Source: a virus. From it: DNA of 64,000 bases. The notes under the pieces are model-generated. The model was not told the DNA's origin and ran no database searches. It was given only the letters and a program-made list of their open reading frames with translations. Positions 1 to 7,878 of this stretch are shown here, in pieces. The first letter of the stretch is position 1; each line of letters begins with the position of its first letter. The stretch is taken from positions 32,001 through 96,000 of the IMG/VR virus record IMGVR_UViG_3300044692_000034; one strand, 5' to 3'. A program made the position numbers and the translations under genes.

Positions 1-61
1 CAACGCTTACGGTGGCGCGCTCTGTGGTGGTGTCCGGCGCGGCGGTGGTGGGCGTACTCAT
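1..61 (-). CDS. 5' end of a gene running off the window (MSTPTTAAPDTT...), probably leaderless
   Basis: ATG at 61 lies 7 nt after a -10 box (TAGTCT, 69-74); frame is open to the window edge. Confidence 0.5.
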   Translation of the reverse strand, partial: MSTPTTAAPDTTTERATVSV

Positions 62-68
62 AGACAGA

Positions 69-97
69 AGACTAGTGCAGGGTGGGCCGCAAGGCAA
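69..97 (-). promoter_or_regulatory. sigma70/HrdB-like promoter TTGCCT-N17-TAGTCT
   Basis: Read directly on the minus strand in the intergenic gap. Confidence 0.55.
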
Positions 98-100
98 GCA

Positions 101-406
101 CTAAAGTTCAGGGTCGTAGCCGGTTATCTCTCTCAGCAGCCGCACACCCTCGCCGCCCTTGTACACCGACCAGCACCCCCGCTTCACCTCGACGGTCGCT
201 TGGTGCTCATCGTGCAACCGGCGCAGCAGCGACCGCGTCACCGACAGCGACAGGCCGCACTCGTTTGCGACCTGCCGAACCGTCGAGTAGCCACGCCCGT
301 GCCTGTACCAGCCATCCGACCGCCCTTGCAGACGGATGGTTGTCGCCAGCGCAACAAGAACCGCACGCTCGCGCTCACTCAGCGAGGTGGGCATCTTTCC
401 GCTCAA
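101..406 (-). CDS. winged-helix/HTH-like DNA-binding protein (start uncertain)
   Basis: STVRQVANECGLSLSVTRSLLRRL helix-turn-helix pattern. Confidence 0.5.
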   Translation of the reverse strand: MSGKMPTSLSERERAVLVALATTIRLQGRSDGWYRHGRGYSTVRQVANECGLSLSVTRSLLRRLHDEHQATVEVKRGCWSVYKGGEGVRLLREITGYDPEL

Positions 407-936
407 GGATCTCCGTCAGGTGGCTGACAACGCGGTCGAGCTTGCCGGTGCGCGCAATGGTTAGCGCCTGCCTGATGGCCGTTTCGAGGCCTTGTGCACG
501 GTCGGTGGAGTTGAGGGCGTTGGCGATCTTGAGGGCGTTGGCTATGCCCCGCTCGTTCCCGTAGCTGCGAGCGACCTCATCGACGAACGGCGTGCCTCCG
601 ACGACGACCACGCAGGCGATGTTGGGGTGAATCTCCAGCGCCTTGTACCGCTCGGTCGGTCTCATTTCACGAGGCCCCACACGATGTCCATGGCGCGGAC
701 GGGATCCATCTTGGCGAGCTTGTCGCGGTTCTTCTCGTTGAGCTTGTCGGCGACGGCGACGAGCGCCTGCGCGGAGACGGCGTCGATGAGCACGCCCTTG
801 TACCGCCGCGCGCTGTGCGCCGCAACGATCTCCCTGCACGTGCTCACGAGATCTCCCTGCTGCCGCTCCTCGATCATGCCAAGCCAGAGCGCGAGGTCCG
901 GGTCGTAGTCGGGTGACGTCTCGTCGAGTAGCGGGT

Positions 937-1746
937 TCATGCCGGCACCTCCTGCTTGCCGTGGTCGCGGATAAACGCCTTGGCGCGTGCGTTGCTGCAC
1001 CAGTACGGCACCTTTTCGCCGGCGCCACCATGCGTCCGGCAGTACCCGTGATGGTCGAAGTCGCACATCTCGTCGTCGACATGCTCCGCGAGAAGGTTCG
1101 CGGCTTCTTCGACGGCATGCGCCAGGTCGTGATCCTCTTCGACGGCGAGCACCCACGTCACCCGGCCGCCGGCCATCGTCCGCAAGTTGAACGTCACGGA
1201 CCGGTCTCCCTCGAACTGGAAGTAGACGACGTCATAGTCGCGGCCCTTGAGGTCGGGGTCGGACATATGGTGGTGGCCGACGTGCCCGTCCCTCTCCTTC
1301 ATGTAGCGTCGCACGTCCTCGTTGTCGCGTAGGCTCGTGTCGATGGACCACACGCCGTACGTGGTGCCGGCCATGATGTGGACCCACGGGCGGCCGTCGG
1401 AGAGCGACTTGGTGCTTATGCGGATGCCGCCGTCGCGGGCGCCGTCCGTCCAGTTGCCGGGGCCGTCCTTGAAGTGCTCGCTCGCACGGACCTCGGGTCG
1501 CAGCAGATCCAGGTTCTCGTTGACGGCGACCCACGTGTATCGCTTGCCGACGAACATGCTGCGCAACCGCGCGTACACGAACGGTGCGTTGACGAGGGTC
1601 AGGTAGCCGTACGCGGACCAGGCGTTGACTCGCCGCTGCTCGCGGCGTTCGTAGTCTTGTGCGGCGAACAGGCGGGGCGCGGCGCGGCGAGCACGAGCGG
1701 CGTCATTGGTGGTGGGCATGTTGACAGAATGGCGTGCGGTTGCCAT
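937..1746 (-). CDS. hypothetical phage protein
   Basis: 269-aa ORF with natural composition and a C-terminal Cys/His cluster (CDFDHHGYCRTH...C). Confidence 0.6.
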   Translation of the reverse strand: MATARHSVNMPTTNDAARARRAAPRLFAAQDYERREQRRVNAWSAYGYLTLVNAPFVYARLRSMFVGKRYTWVAVNENLDLLRPEVRASEHFKDGPGNWTDGARDGGIRISTKSLSDGRPWVHIMAGTTYGVWSIDTSLRDNEDVRRYMKERDGHVGHHHMSDPDLKGRDYDVVYFQFEGDRSVTFNLRTMAGGRVTWVLAVEEDHDLAHAVEEAANLLAEHVDDEMCDFDHHGYCRTHGGAGEKVPYWCSNARAKAFIRDHGKQEVPA

Positions 1747-1773
1747 CGTGGCAAGCGAGACGTGCCGTACGGG

Positions 1774-2124
1774 CTAGCTGCCGAACGCCTTGCCGATGGC
1801 GTCGGCTGCACTCCCCGGCTGCGGCACGATGACACCGAAGACCTGGCCAACACGAAGGACGAGCAGCTTCTCTTCGTGCACGTCGACGTAGGCGCCGGCG
1901 TTCGCAGGGAACACGACGTGATCGCCGACCTTGACGGGCATCTCGATGTCGTGCTGTCCCCACCAGTCGAGGCCGGGGCCTGCTGCGAGCACGATGCCGT
2001 GATGCGGCGGCATCTGCGCCTCGTAGCGGTTGGCGGGGAGCACGAGGCCGCTCTCGCGGACCTCCTCTCGCTCCAATTCTTTCACGACCAGGTAGTCGAA
2101 GATCGGTTGTAGCTGGTCGGGCAT
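1774..2124 (-). CDS. groES: co-chaperonin GroES family protein
   Basis: LQPIFDYLVVKE...ESGLVLP...GIVLAAGPG...MPVKVGDHVVF matches the Cpn10 pattern; ATG overlaps the upstream TAA. Confidence 0.9.
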   Translation of the reverse strand: MPDQLQPIFDYLVVKELEREEVRESGLVLPANRYEAQMPPHHGIVLAAGPGLDWWGQHDIEMPVKVGDHVVFPANAGAYVDVHEEKLLVLRVGQVFGVIVPQPGSAADAIGKAFGS

Positions 2125-2327
2125 TAGATCCACCCCGTGGCGCCGGCCTCGACCCACGGGCCGGTGTCGTCCCACTCCCAGATGCCGTCCGTGTCGATGG
2201 TTCCGACGTCGCCGTTGTCGCACTCGTACCTGATCGTCAGGTCGTGCGGGTCGAAGCGCCACGTGACGATCGGTGAGGTCTCGTTGATCTCGGCGAACGC
2301 ACGCTGCTGCTCTGCGCTGGGTTCCAT
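2124..2327 (-). CDS. hypothetical protein
   Basis: Short ORF (MEPSAEQQ...) coupled to both neighbours. Confidence 0.55.
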   Translation of the reverse strand: MEPSAEQQRAFAEINETSPIVTWRFDPHDLTIRYECDNGDVGTIDTDGIWEWDDTGPWVEAGATGWI

Positions 2328-2545
2328 CAGTGAACCGCGATCCCTTCTGAGTTCAGTTCGGCGAGGCGAGCTTGCAGCGCCAGCGTGGCGTACGCGTTCC
2401 CCATGGTCGCGTACACGGCGCCGTTCTCGGGGTAGACGGCGCGTTTGTCGTCGGCGAGCCGCAGGCATGCCCGCGCCCGCGACTCGAAGTAGTCAGCGCT
2501 CGCGTCGCTGGTGTCTTCGTCGGTGAGTAGCGCGTCCAGGTGCAT
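2327..2545 (-). CDS. hypothetical protein
   Basis: MHLDALL... with GGAG SD, coupled to the next gene. Confidence 0.55.
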   Translation of the reverse strand: MHLDALLTDEDTSDASADYFESRARACLRLADDKRAVYPENGAVYATMGNAYATLALQARLAELNSEGIAVH

Positions 2546-2547
2546 GG

Positions 2548-3234
2548 TTAGGACTCCTGCTGGGGGGCGCTGTCCCCGCCGGCCCACGCCGGGTCGTTGC
2601 GCAGCTCCTCGCGGCTGTACATGCGCCAGTTGTAGTCGAACAGGTGGTTGTGGGAGTTGCCGTCGAGGTTGTACTTATTCGGCGACACGCTCACCTTGAA
2701 GAAGGAGCGCATGCCGCCGGGGTCCGGGATGATCGGCGTGCAGTGGATGACGCTCGGGTCGAGCCGGTAGATCGTGTTGGCGTCGCCGTCCATGACCCTG
2801 ATCTTGTTGTCGCCTCGCATGGCGGAGAGTCGGATCTGCTGCTCGAACTGGTGGGCCGACTCCACGTGGTCCTTGCTGATGTCGTCGAACTGCCCGACGG
2901 CGAACCTTGTGGGCCACTGGTCGGCCCAGATGTAGTTGATGTCGTCGCTGCCGAAGCCGTCGGCGTGCCAGCCGGGACGGTTGAGCGGGTTGCCGGGCGT
3001 CGCAAACCCGCGCTTGGCGGTCACGTACACGTAGTGCCCGTCGTTGACGCCCTCCGCCCACACGATCCCCTCGATCGTGTTGCGCATGAACTCCAGGCTC
3101 GGTGGCAGGAGGATCACGTCGCTGTGCGCCATGACGACCGGTAGGTACAGCCACGTGCAGAACTCGCGCCACTCCGGCAGCAGGTGGTCGCGGTCGTAGA
3201 TCCCCGGGTGCTGCCCGTATTTGTAGTCGGTCAT
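2548..3234 (-). CDS. putative 2OG-Fe(II) dioxygenase-fold protein
   Basis: RPGWHADG (HxD), distal IHCTP His, RSFFKVS Arg; start re-assigned to MTDYKY (ATGA overlap). Confidence 0.55.
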   Translation of the reverse strand: MTDYKYGQHPGIYDRDHLLPEWREFCTWLYLPVVMAHSDVILLPPSLEFMRNTIEGIVWAEGVNDGHYVYVTAKRGFATPGNPLNRPGWHADGFGSDDINYIWADQWPTRFAVGQFDDISKDHVESAHQFEQQIRLSAMRGDNKIRVMDGDANTIYRLDPSVIHCTPIIPDPGGMRSFFKVSVSPNKYNLDGNSHNHLFDYNWRMYSREELRNDPAWAGGDSAPQQES

Positions 3235-3632
3235 TGTTTCTTCGCGAAGAGCGTGTTGTATTCGAAGATGATGTCGGCTGTGCCGTAAGTGCCTTCCATG
3301 TACGACGCAGGGTCCACGCTCATCTCTTCGCACAAGTCGACGTATGTGGCTGACTTGATGCGCAGCTCGCGGCCTTCCTCTGTCGTCACCATGCCCTCGC
3401 CCTCTGCGGTGAGGTCGACGTGGTACGTGTCCCATGCGTACCTGAGCGCGTCGATCTTGTCCCACGCGAACGCTCGGCGCTCGCGGTCGAGCCACAGCAG
3501 CTCATTGTCACCGTACACACCGCACGAGCACGTCGCGCCCTCGTCTCCCTCGGTGGGGTGGCTGTGCCGGTAGGAGCATGACGGCTCGTGCTCCGCCTTC
3601 GGCTGCTTCGCGCATTCGACGACCCACGGCAT
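3231..3632 (-). CDS. hypothetical protein
   Basis: Coupled ORF with an N-terminal Cys/His cluster. Confidence 0.6.
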   Translation of the reverse strand: MPWVVECAKQPKAEHEPSCSYRHSHPTEGDEGATCSCGVYGDNELLWLDRERRAFAWDKIDALRYAWDTYHVDLTAEGEGMVTTEEGRELRIKSATYVDLCEEMSVDPASYMEGTYGTADIIFEYNTLFAKKQ

Positions 3633-4177
3633 CAGGGCACCACCGGCCCCGGTTCGACGTCTTCTTCTTTTTGGGTCGCCCAGTCTTCAGATGTGTCTTC
3701 GCGTAGTTCGTTGACGTAGCCCTGCCACGTGTCCTCGGGGAGAGACACGCTCTCCTCGCCGACGACGATGCTGACGTACCAGCGGCCTTGCACATCCCAC
3801 CGGCGCGCTGTCCGTACGTCACCGGCGCCGACGCCGATGGTGTAGGTGCGGCCGGGGTACCAGCGGCCGGCGCCGATGCAGAAGTCGGTTGCGGCCATGC
3901 GGATCGCTTGCCGCAGCGAGTCGCAGTGGTAATCGGTCGGCGACAGCGACTGCTCGCCTTCGGACTCCCATGCGCTGTGGATGCTGATGCGCCACACGTA
4001 GTCGCTGATGCCGTCCTGTGCGATGAGGAGCGCCTCTTTCAGGCGGGCGAGTTGCGCCGCCGTGCGGGCCGCTTTCTTGCTCAAATCGTTGAGCACGTAC
4101 TCGTCGAGCGTTGGCACTAGGACTCCCGGTACATGGTGGGCATTGGCGCCGAGGATACCCGCAGGCACCCTCGGCAC
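3632..4177 (-). CDS. hypothetical protein (true start probably downstream of 4177)
   Basis: ORF track; stop coupled to the next gene. Confidence 0.5.
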   Translation of the reverse strand: MPRVPAGILGANAHHVPGVLVPTLDEYVLNDLSKKAARTAAQLARLKEALLIAQDGISDYVWRISIHSAWESEGEQSLSPTDYHCDSLRQAIRMAATDFCIGAGRWYPGRTYTIGVGAGDVRTARRWDVQGRWYVSIVVGEESVSLPEDTWQGYVNELREDTSEDWATQKEEDVEPGPVVP

Positions 4178-4193
4178 AAGGCAGAGCGTTCGG

Positions 4194-4478
4194 CTACTCG
4201 TCGACCACGGTTGCTTCGAGGAGGGCGGCTACGGCACTAACCGCATCCTCGTGGTCGACGTCGAGTTCTACGGCCCAATCGTCGGCCCAGTGATCGGGGT
4301 CGAGCCATGCCGCGAAGTGCATGGTGTGCCCGCCGATCGTCAGCTCGACCTCGGTGCCGAGTTCTTCCATCACCGCGTCGCGTAGTGCGTCGAACACGGT
4401 GTCGTCGTTGGTGAGGTAGCCGGCGGTGTGAGTTGCCCGGAACGCGCCGGGCACGAACTGGAATGGGAGCTTGCGCAT
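4194..4478 (-). CDS. hypothetical acidic protein
   Basis: 94-aa ORF with natural composition. Confidence 0.6.
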   Translation of the reverse strand: MRKLPFQFVPGAFRATHTAGYLTNDDTVFDALRDAVMEELGTEVELTIGGHTMHFAAWLDPDHWADDWAVELDVDHEDAVSAVAALLEATVVDE

Positions 4479-4814
4479 GCGTGCGACCTCAGTCGTTGAT
4501 GAGCGCGACTTCGATCTTGCCGTGCAGGTGCAGGAGCCTGATGAGGTCGCGTGCCTCTGCTGCCTGCTCCGTCTCAGGACCAGCAGCCACGACCCCCTCG
4601 AGGAACGGGACCATGGACGCGGTGATCTCCGTCCACCCGCCGGTCAGGCTCCCGTCATGGCCCCACAGCTTCGGGGCAAGCGCCCACTTGATGTCGTAGC
4701 CGACCGGCTGGGGCTCCGCCAACGGGCGCCAATGAAGATGGCTATGCGGCATGGCATAGACACAAGCGGGGACCACACCCTGAGCAGGCGTGGCCCCCGG
4801 CGCCGTGTCTCTCC

Positions 4815-5504
4815 CTAGCTCGCGGCCTTCTTCGCGGCGAGCCGGGCGTCGCGGCACGCCCGGCACTCGTCGCCGCGCTTGTCCCCGCCGATCGTCGGGA
4901 ACTTCGTGACGGGGTGCAGGCCGGCGCCGAGCTTGCAGTTCGCGCCGTTCTTGCACTCCTTCTGGCCGTCCTTGCTGACGGTGGAGGCGCGCGGCGCGCG
5001 GCGCCCGCTCGCGGTCGTCTCCGCGTTCGCGGCGGCCTCGCTCGCGGCCTTGGCGGCGTCGGCCTCGGCCGCCTTGCTCGCGCGGACGGCGGCGGCACGC
5101 CGGGCGGTTGCGGCACGCGGGTTCTCGTCGGCGTCCTCGCCGTGCTCCGCCATCCACGCGTCGCCGACGGCGATCATCTCCTCGACAGCCTTGGCCTGCT
5201 CCGGCTTGCCGGCGTCGCGGAGGTCCCCGAGGAGCCCCTGCCACTTCGAGATCGTCTTGGCGTTCTCGGCGGGCGAGTTGCCCTCCAGCTTCTTGAGCGC
5301 CTGCTCACGCGGCGTCGGCGGCGTGGACTTCTCGGCCTTCGGCGCGGCGGTGGCCGGCTTCTCCGAGCCCTTGCCGTTGATCTTCTCGGCCTCGGCCTCG
5401 GCGAGCTTCTTCGTGGTCGGCTGCCCCTTCGGCTGGCCGTTGACCTCGACCTGGAACTTGCGGCCCTTCTTGACGACGACTGCCGTCTCCGTGCTCGTGC
5501 TCAC
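4815..5504 (-). CDS. Lys/Ala-rich histone-like/nucleoid-type protein with C-terminal Cys4 zinc finger
   Basis: K/A-rich; ECKNGANC...ECRAC; GTG start with AAGGGAG SD and its own promoter. Confidence 0.6.
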   Translation of the reverse strand: MSTSTETAVVVKKGRKFQVEVNGQPKGQPTTKKLAEAEAEKINGKGSEKPATAAPKAEKSTPPTPREQALKKLEGNSPAENAKTISKWQGLLGDLRDAGKPEQAKAVEEMIAVGDAWMAEHGEDADENPRAATARRAAAVRASKAAEADAAKAASEAAANAETTASGRRAPRASTVSKDGQKECKNGANCKLGAGLHPVTKFPTIGGDKRGDECRACRDARLAAKKAAS

Positions 5505-5552
5505 GGTGTGACTCCCTTTGTGGGTAGCGGGTGGTGGGCGGTACTTGAAGTG

Positions 5553-5580
5553 AATGTACAGCACTCACCAGGTATTGCAA
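5553..5580 (-). promoter_or_regulatory. promoter TTGCAA-N16-TACATT
   Basis: Read directly; the same 16-nt spacer class recurs at 29268, 31962 and 43741. Confidence 0.65.
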
Positions 5581-5590
5581 CCTTCTTCCA

Positions 5591-5854
5591 TCAAACCTGT
5601 GGGCAACCGTTCGGGTGCACACGCTTGTACGTCAACTGCATCTCCTCCAGCACCAGCGACCTTGCCACCGACTCCGGCATCGCAGCGTCAGCCGGCATTG
5701 AGACGCGGAAGATCGGATTACCTGGTCGGCCCGTGTTCGTCTCCGCGATCCAGCAGCCCTCAAACCCTCCTATCGGACCGCCCTGGAACCCGAGCCACCG
5801 CATCGAGAAATCCGGCCACGCCGGTATGTCAGCTGTCACCATGCTCGACAGCAT
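5591..5854 (-). CDS. hypothetical protein
   Basis: 87-aa ORF directly after tRNA-Tyr. Confidence 0.45.
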   Translation of the reverse strand: MLSSMVTADIPAWPDFSMRWLGFQGGPIGGFEGCWIAETNTGRPGNPIFRVSMPADAAMPESVARSLVLEEMQLTYKRVHPNGCPQV

Positions 5855-5858
5855 AAGG

Positions 5859-5944
5859 TGCGCGGAGTAGGAGTCGAACCTACGCAGTCAGAGACGGCGG
5901 CTTTACAGGCCGTTGGGCTCAAAACCACATGCCCAGGTCCGCGC
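5859..5944 (-). tRNA. tRNA-Tyr(GTA)
   Basis: Acceptor GCGCGGA/TCCGCGC+A, anticodon loop CTGTAAA, long variable arm, T arm GTAGG-TTCGACT-CCTAC; atypical D region. Confidence 0.85.
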
Positions 5945-5954
5945 ACAAACAAAG

Positions 5955-6036
5955 CGGAGGGCGCGGGAGTCGAACCCGGAGCTGGTTAGGCTCGCACGAT
6001 TAGCAATCGCGCTGCGGCACCGGACGCTCACCCTCC
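5955..6036 (-). tRNA. tRNA-Ser(GCT)
   Basis: Acceptor GGAGGGT/GCCCTCC+G, loop TTGCTAA, variable arm GAGC/GCTC, T loop TTCGACT. Confidence 0.85.
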
Positions 6037-6055
6037 AAAGGAGGAGTGGGGTATC

Positions 6056-6560
6056 GCCGGTGACTACCGTGCTCCCGAAGAACGGTGCGAACGCGGTCGA
6101 ACAAGCTACGGTCTGAGCGGAGCTTGATCGAACGAATCGGCTTGCGCCGCAGAAGGTGCGGGTCGAGCGGCACGGCCGGGCAGTGTAGCCGAGGAGAGCG
6201 GGCGGCCGGGAGTGCACATCCCTGCTGGCCGCCCTCCTCTCTCTCTGTGGGTCGGTCTCCCGGCGGTCCGTGTCGGGAGACGGTGCACTTACCTCACACT
6301 GCGAAGTTTACGGGGCTCGCGCCCCCGATAGCTTGTCGACGACGCGAGCCCTGATCCTGCGAAGCACCATCTCAGCCGACTTATGTCCGGATGCCTGGCC
6401 TGGCAGTTCAGGGGTTCGAATCCCTTGCCGGAGTGCCCGAGTTCACCGAGACCCCTGGCGCTCAGTCACGTGTCGCGACATCTTGCTAACGAGGAGGCAG
6501 GGCTACTGCTCTTGCAGTCGGGGCCACTGGTGGTGCTTGGCAGGCAAGGTAGCCGCCAGC
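6056..6560 (+). ncRNA. candidate large structured RNA (or ssDNA) element of unknown family
   Basis: About 500 nt without a credible ORF, made of consecutive hairpins (6137-6166, 6194-6241, 6255-6281, 6313-6351), a long-range stem 6356-6369/6531-6544 and a T-arm-like AGGGG-TTCGAAT-CCCTT (6410-6426); wobbles are mostly G-T on +. Confidence 0.45.
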
Positions 6561-6588
6561 GGCCCAGCATGCAACTTGAACCGTTCGG

Positions 6589-7521
6589 CTAGTTGGTGAC
6601 GTGCGGCAGCGCATTGATCGCCGCGAGGGCGTCGGCCACGTAGATCGTGGCGCCCTCGGCCGGCGGCGTCGGGTCCGGGGGGGCCGGCGGGTCCGGGTCC
6701 GGGGGCGGCGTCGGAGTCGGCGGAGCGGGCGGGTTCGGGTCGGGCTGCCCGCCGAGCTGTTCGACGTCGTCGTTGAGCTGTTCGGCGTCGAAGCCGTTGA
6801 CGCTCAGGCCGTTCTTGAGCATGTCGTACGAGAGGACGCCGTACCCCTCGTCCATGTACTTCTTGATCCAGGACGGCGCGACCTTCTGGAGCTGCCCCCA
6901 CGTGACCACGAGGAACATGTCCTCGGCGACGAGATAGCCGACGACGATGACATCGTGGCCGCCTTCGATATGCGCGCCCTTGACGACGGTCCACGGCTCA
7001 CCGGCGTTGAACTGGTTCATCGCGGAGTCGGGGAACTCGACACCGATCGACGCCGCGCCGAACAGGTAGATCGCCATCTTGAGGTTCGTGACGTCGCCTG
7101 GGGTGATGGAGACGTACGCGCCGATCTTGTGGACCGAGCCGTCGGTGGCGAGGTGCATGCCCGTCTTGCGCCGGTAGTTCAGGGCGTCGAGCATGACGGT
7201 GCCCTGGTCCGTGTTCGGCTTCTTCGGGTTGAAGCCGGTGATGGCGGTGTAGAGCGCGAGCGCGTCCTTGTCCGTCACCGTCACGGGCGTGCCCGCCTCG
7301 GCGTTCCACAGCATCGTGCCGTGCCCCGCGTCCGCCTCGACGCAGTCGCCGTACTCGTCGTTGCCGAGCATGCCCCACCCGTCCGCCGGGAACAGGTCGT
7401 AGTTGCCGAGGTCCGTCGTCGGCAGCAGCGGCAGGTCGATGTCCTTCGTGTACCGCGTCATCTGGAGAGTGCGCGGGTCGTACTTGGCCGGGGCTTTGCC
7501 CAGCGGAAGAGGAGGACTCAT
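6589..7521 (-). CDS. papain-like (C1/C39-type) cysteine peptidase with Pro-rich linker, possibly cell-wall related
   Basis: MLGNDEYGDCV (Cys), GGHDVIVVGY (His), VVTWG; PDPNPPAPP repeats. Confidence 0.7.
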   Translation of the reverse strand: MSPPLPLGKAPAKYDPRTLQMTRYTKDIDLPLLPTTDLGNYDLFPADGWGMLGNDEYGDCVEADAGHGTMLWNAEAGTPVTVTDKDALALYTAITGFNPKKPNTDQGTVMLDALNYRRKTGMHLATDGSVHKIGAYVSITPGDVTNLKMAIYLFGAASIGVEFPDSAMNQFNAGEPWTVVKGAHIEGGHDVIVVGYLVAEDMFLVVTWGQLQKVAPSWIKKYMDEGYGVLSYDMLKNGLSVNGFDAEQLNDDVEQLGGQPDPNPPAPPTPTPPPDPDPPAPPDPTPPAEGATIYVADALAAINALPHVTN

Positions 7522-7557
7522 GCGCGGCATCGTAACCGCCGCCGCATGAGAGCCTTC

Positions 7558-7878
7558 TTACGATGGGCGCAGCGGCCAGTAACCGAGAGTCACGGCCACG
7601 AGATGTGGCAGCCCCCAGTCCTTGCCTTCCTGCCCCCTCGTGCCGAGCCACAGCAGGCACTCAGCCTTCGCCCGCTCCATCGTCGGGCGCGGCTCTGCAC
7701 CGCCCATCTCAGCTTTGACCGCCGCACCACCCGGCGGGGCGGTCATCTTCTCGACGGCGCCCATGATGGCGCGGAGCTGATTCTGTGGCACGAGCCGTAC
7801 CCACCGGTCGCGGCCCGCCTGCCAGTTGGCCGCTTGCTCCGGCTGGTCGTACTCGGCGTACATGGTGAGCGGGGTCAT
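7558..7878 (-). CDS. hypothetical protein
   Basis: Coupled to the upstream glycosyltransferase (ATGA overlap). Confidence 0.55.
   Translation of the reverse strand: MTPLTMYAEYDQPEQAANWQAGRDRWVRLVPQNQLRAIMGAVEKMTAPPGGAAVKAEMGGAEPRPTMERAKAECLLWLGTRGQEGKDWGLPHLVAVTLGYWPLRPS

Noticed and set aside
6399-6431. GGTTCGAATCC as a third tRNA or a tmRNA 3' end
   Set aside because: No D or anticodon arm, no CCA end and no tag ORF recognised; kept only as part of the larger structured element.
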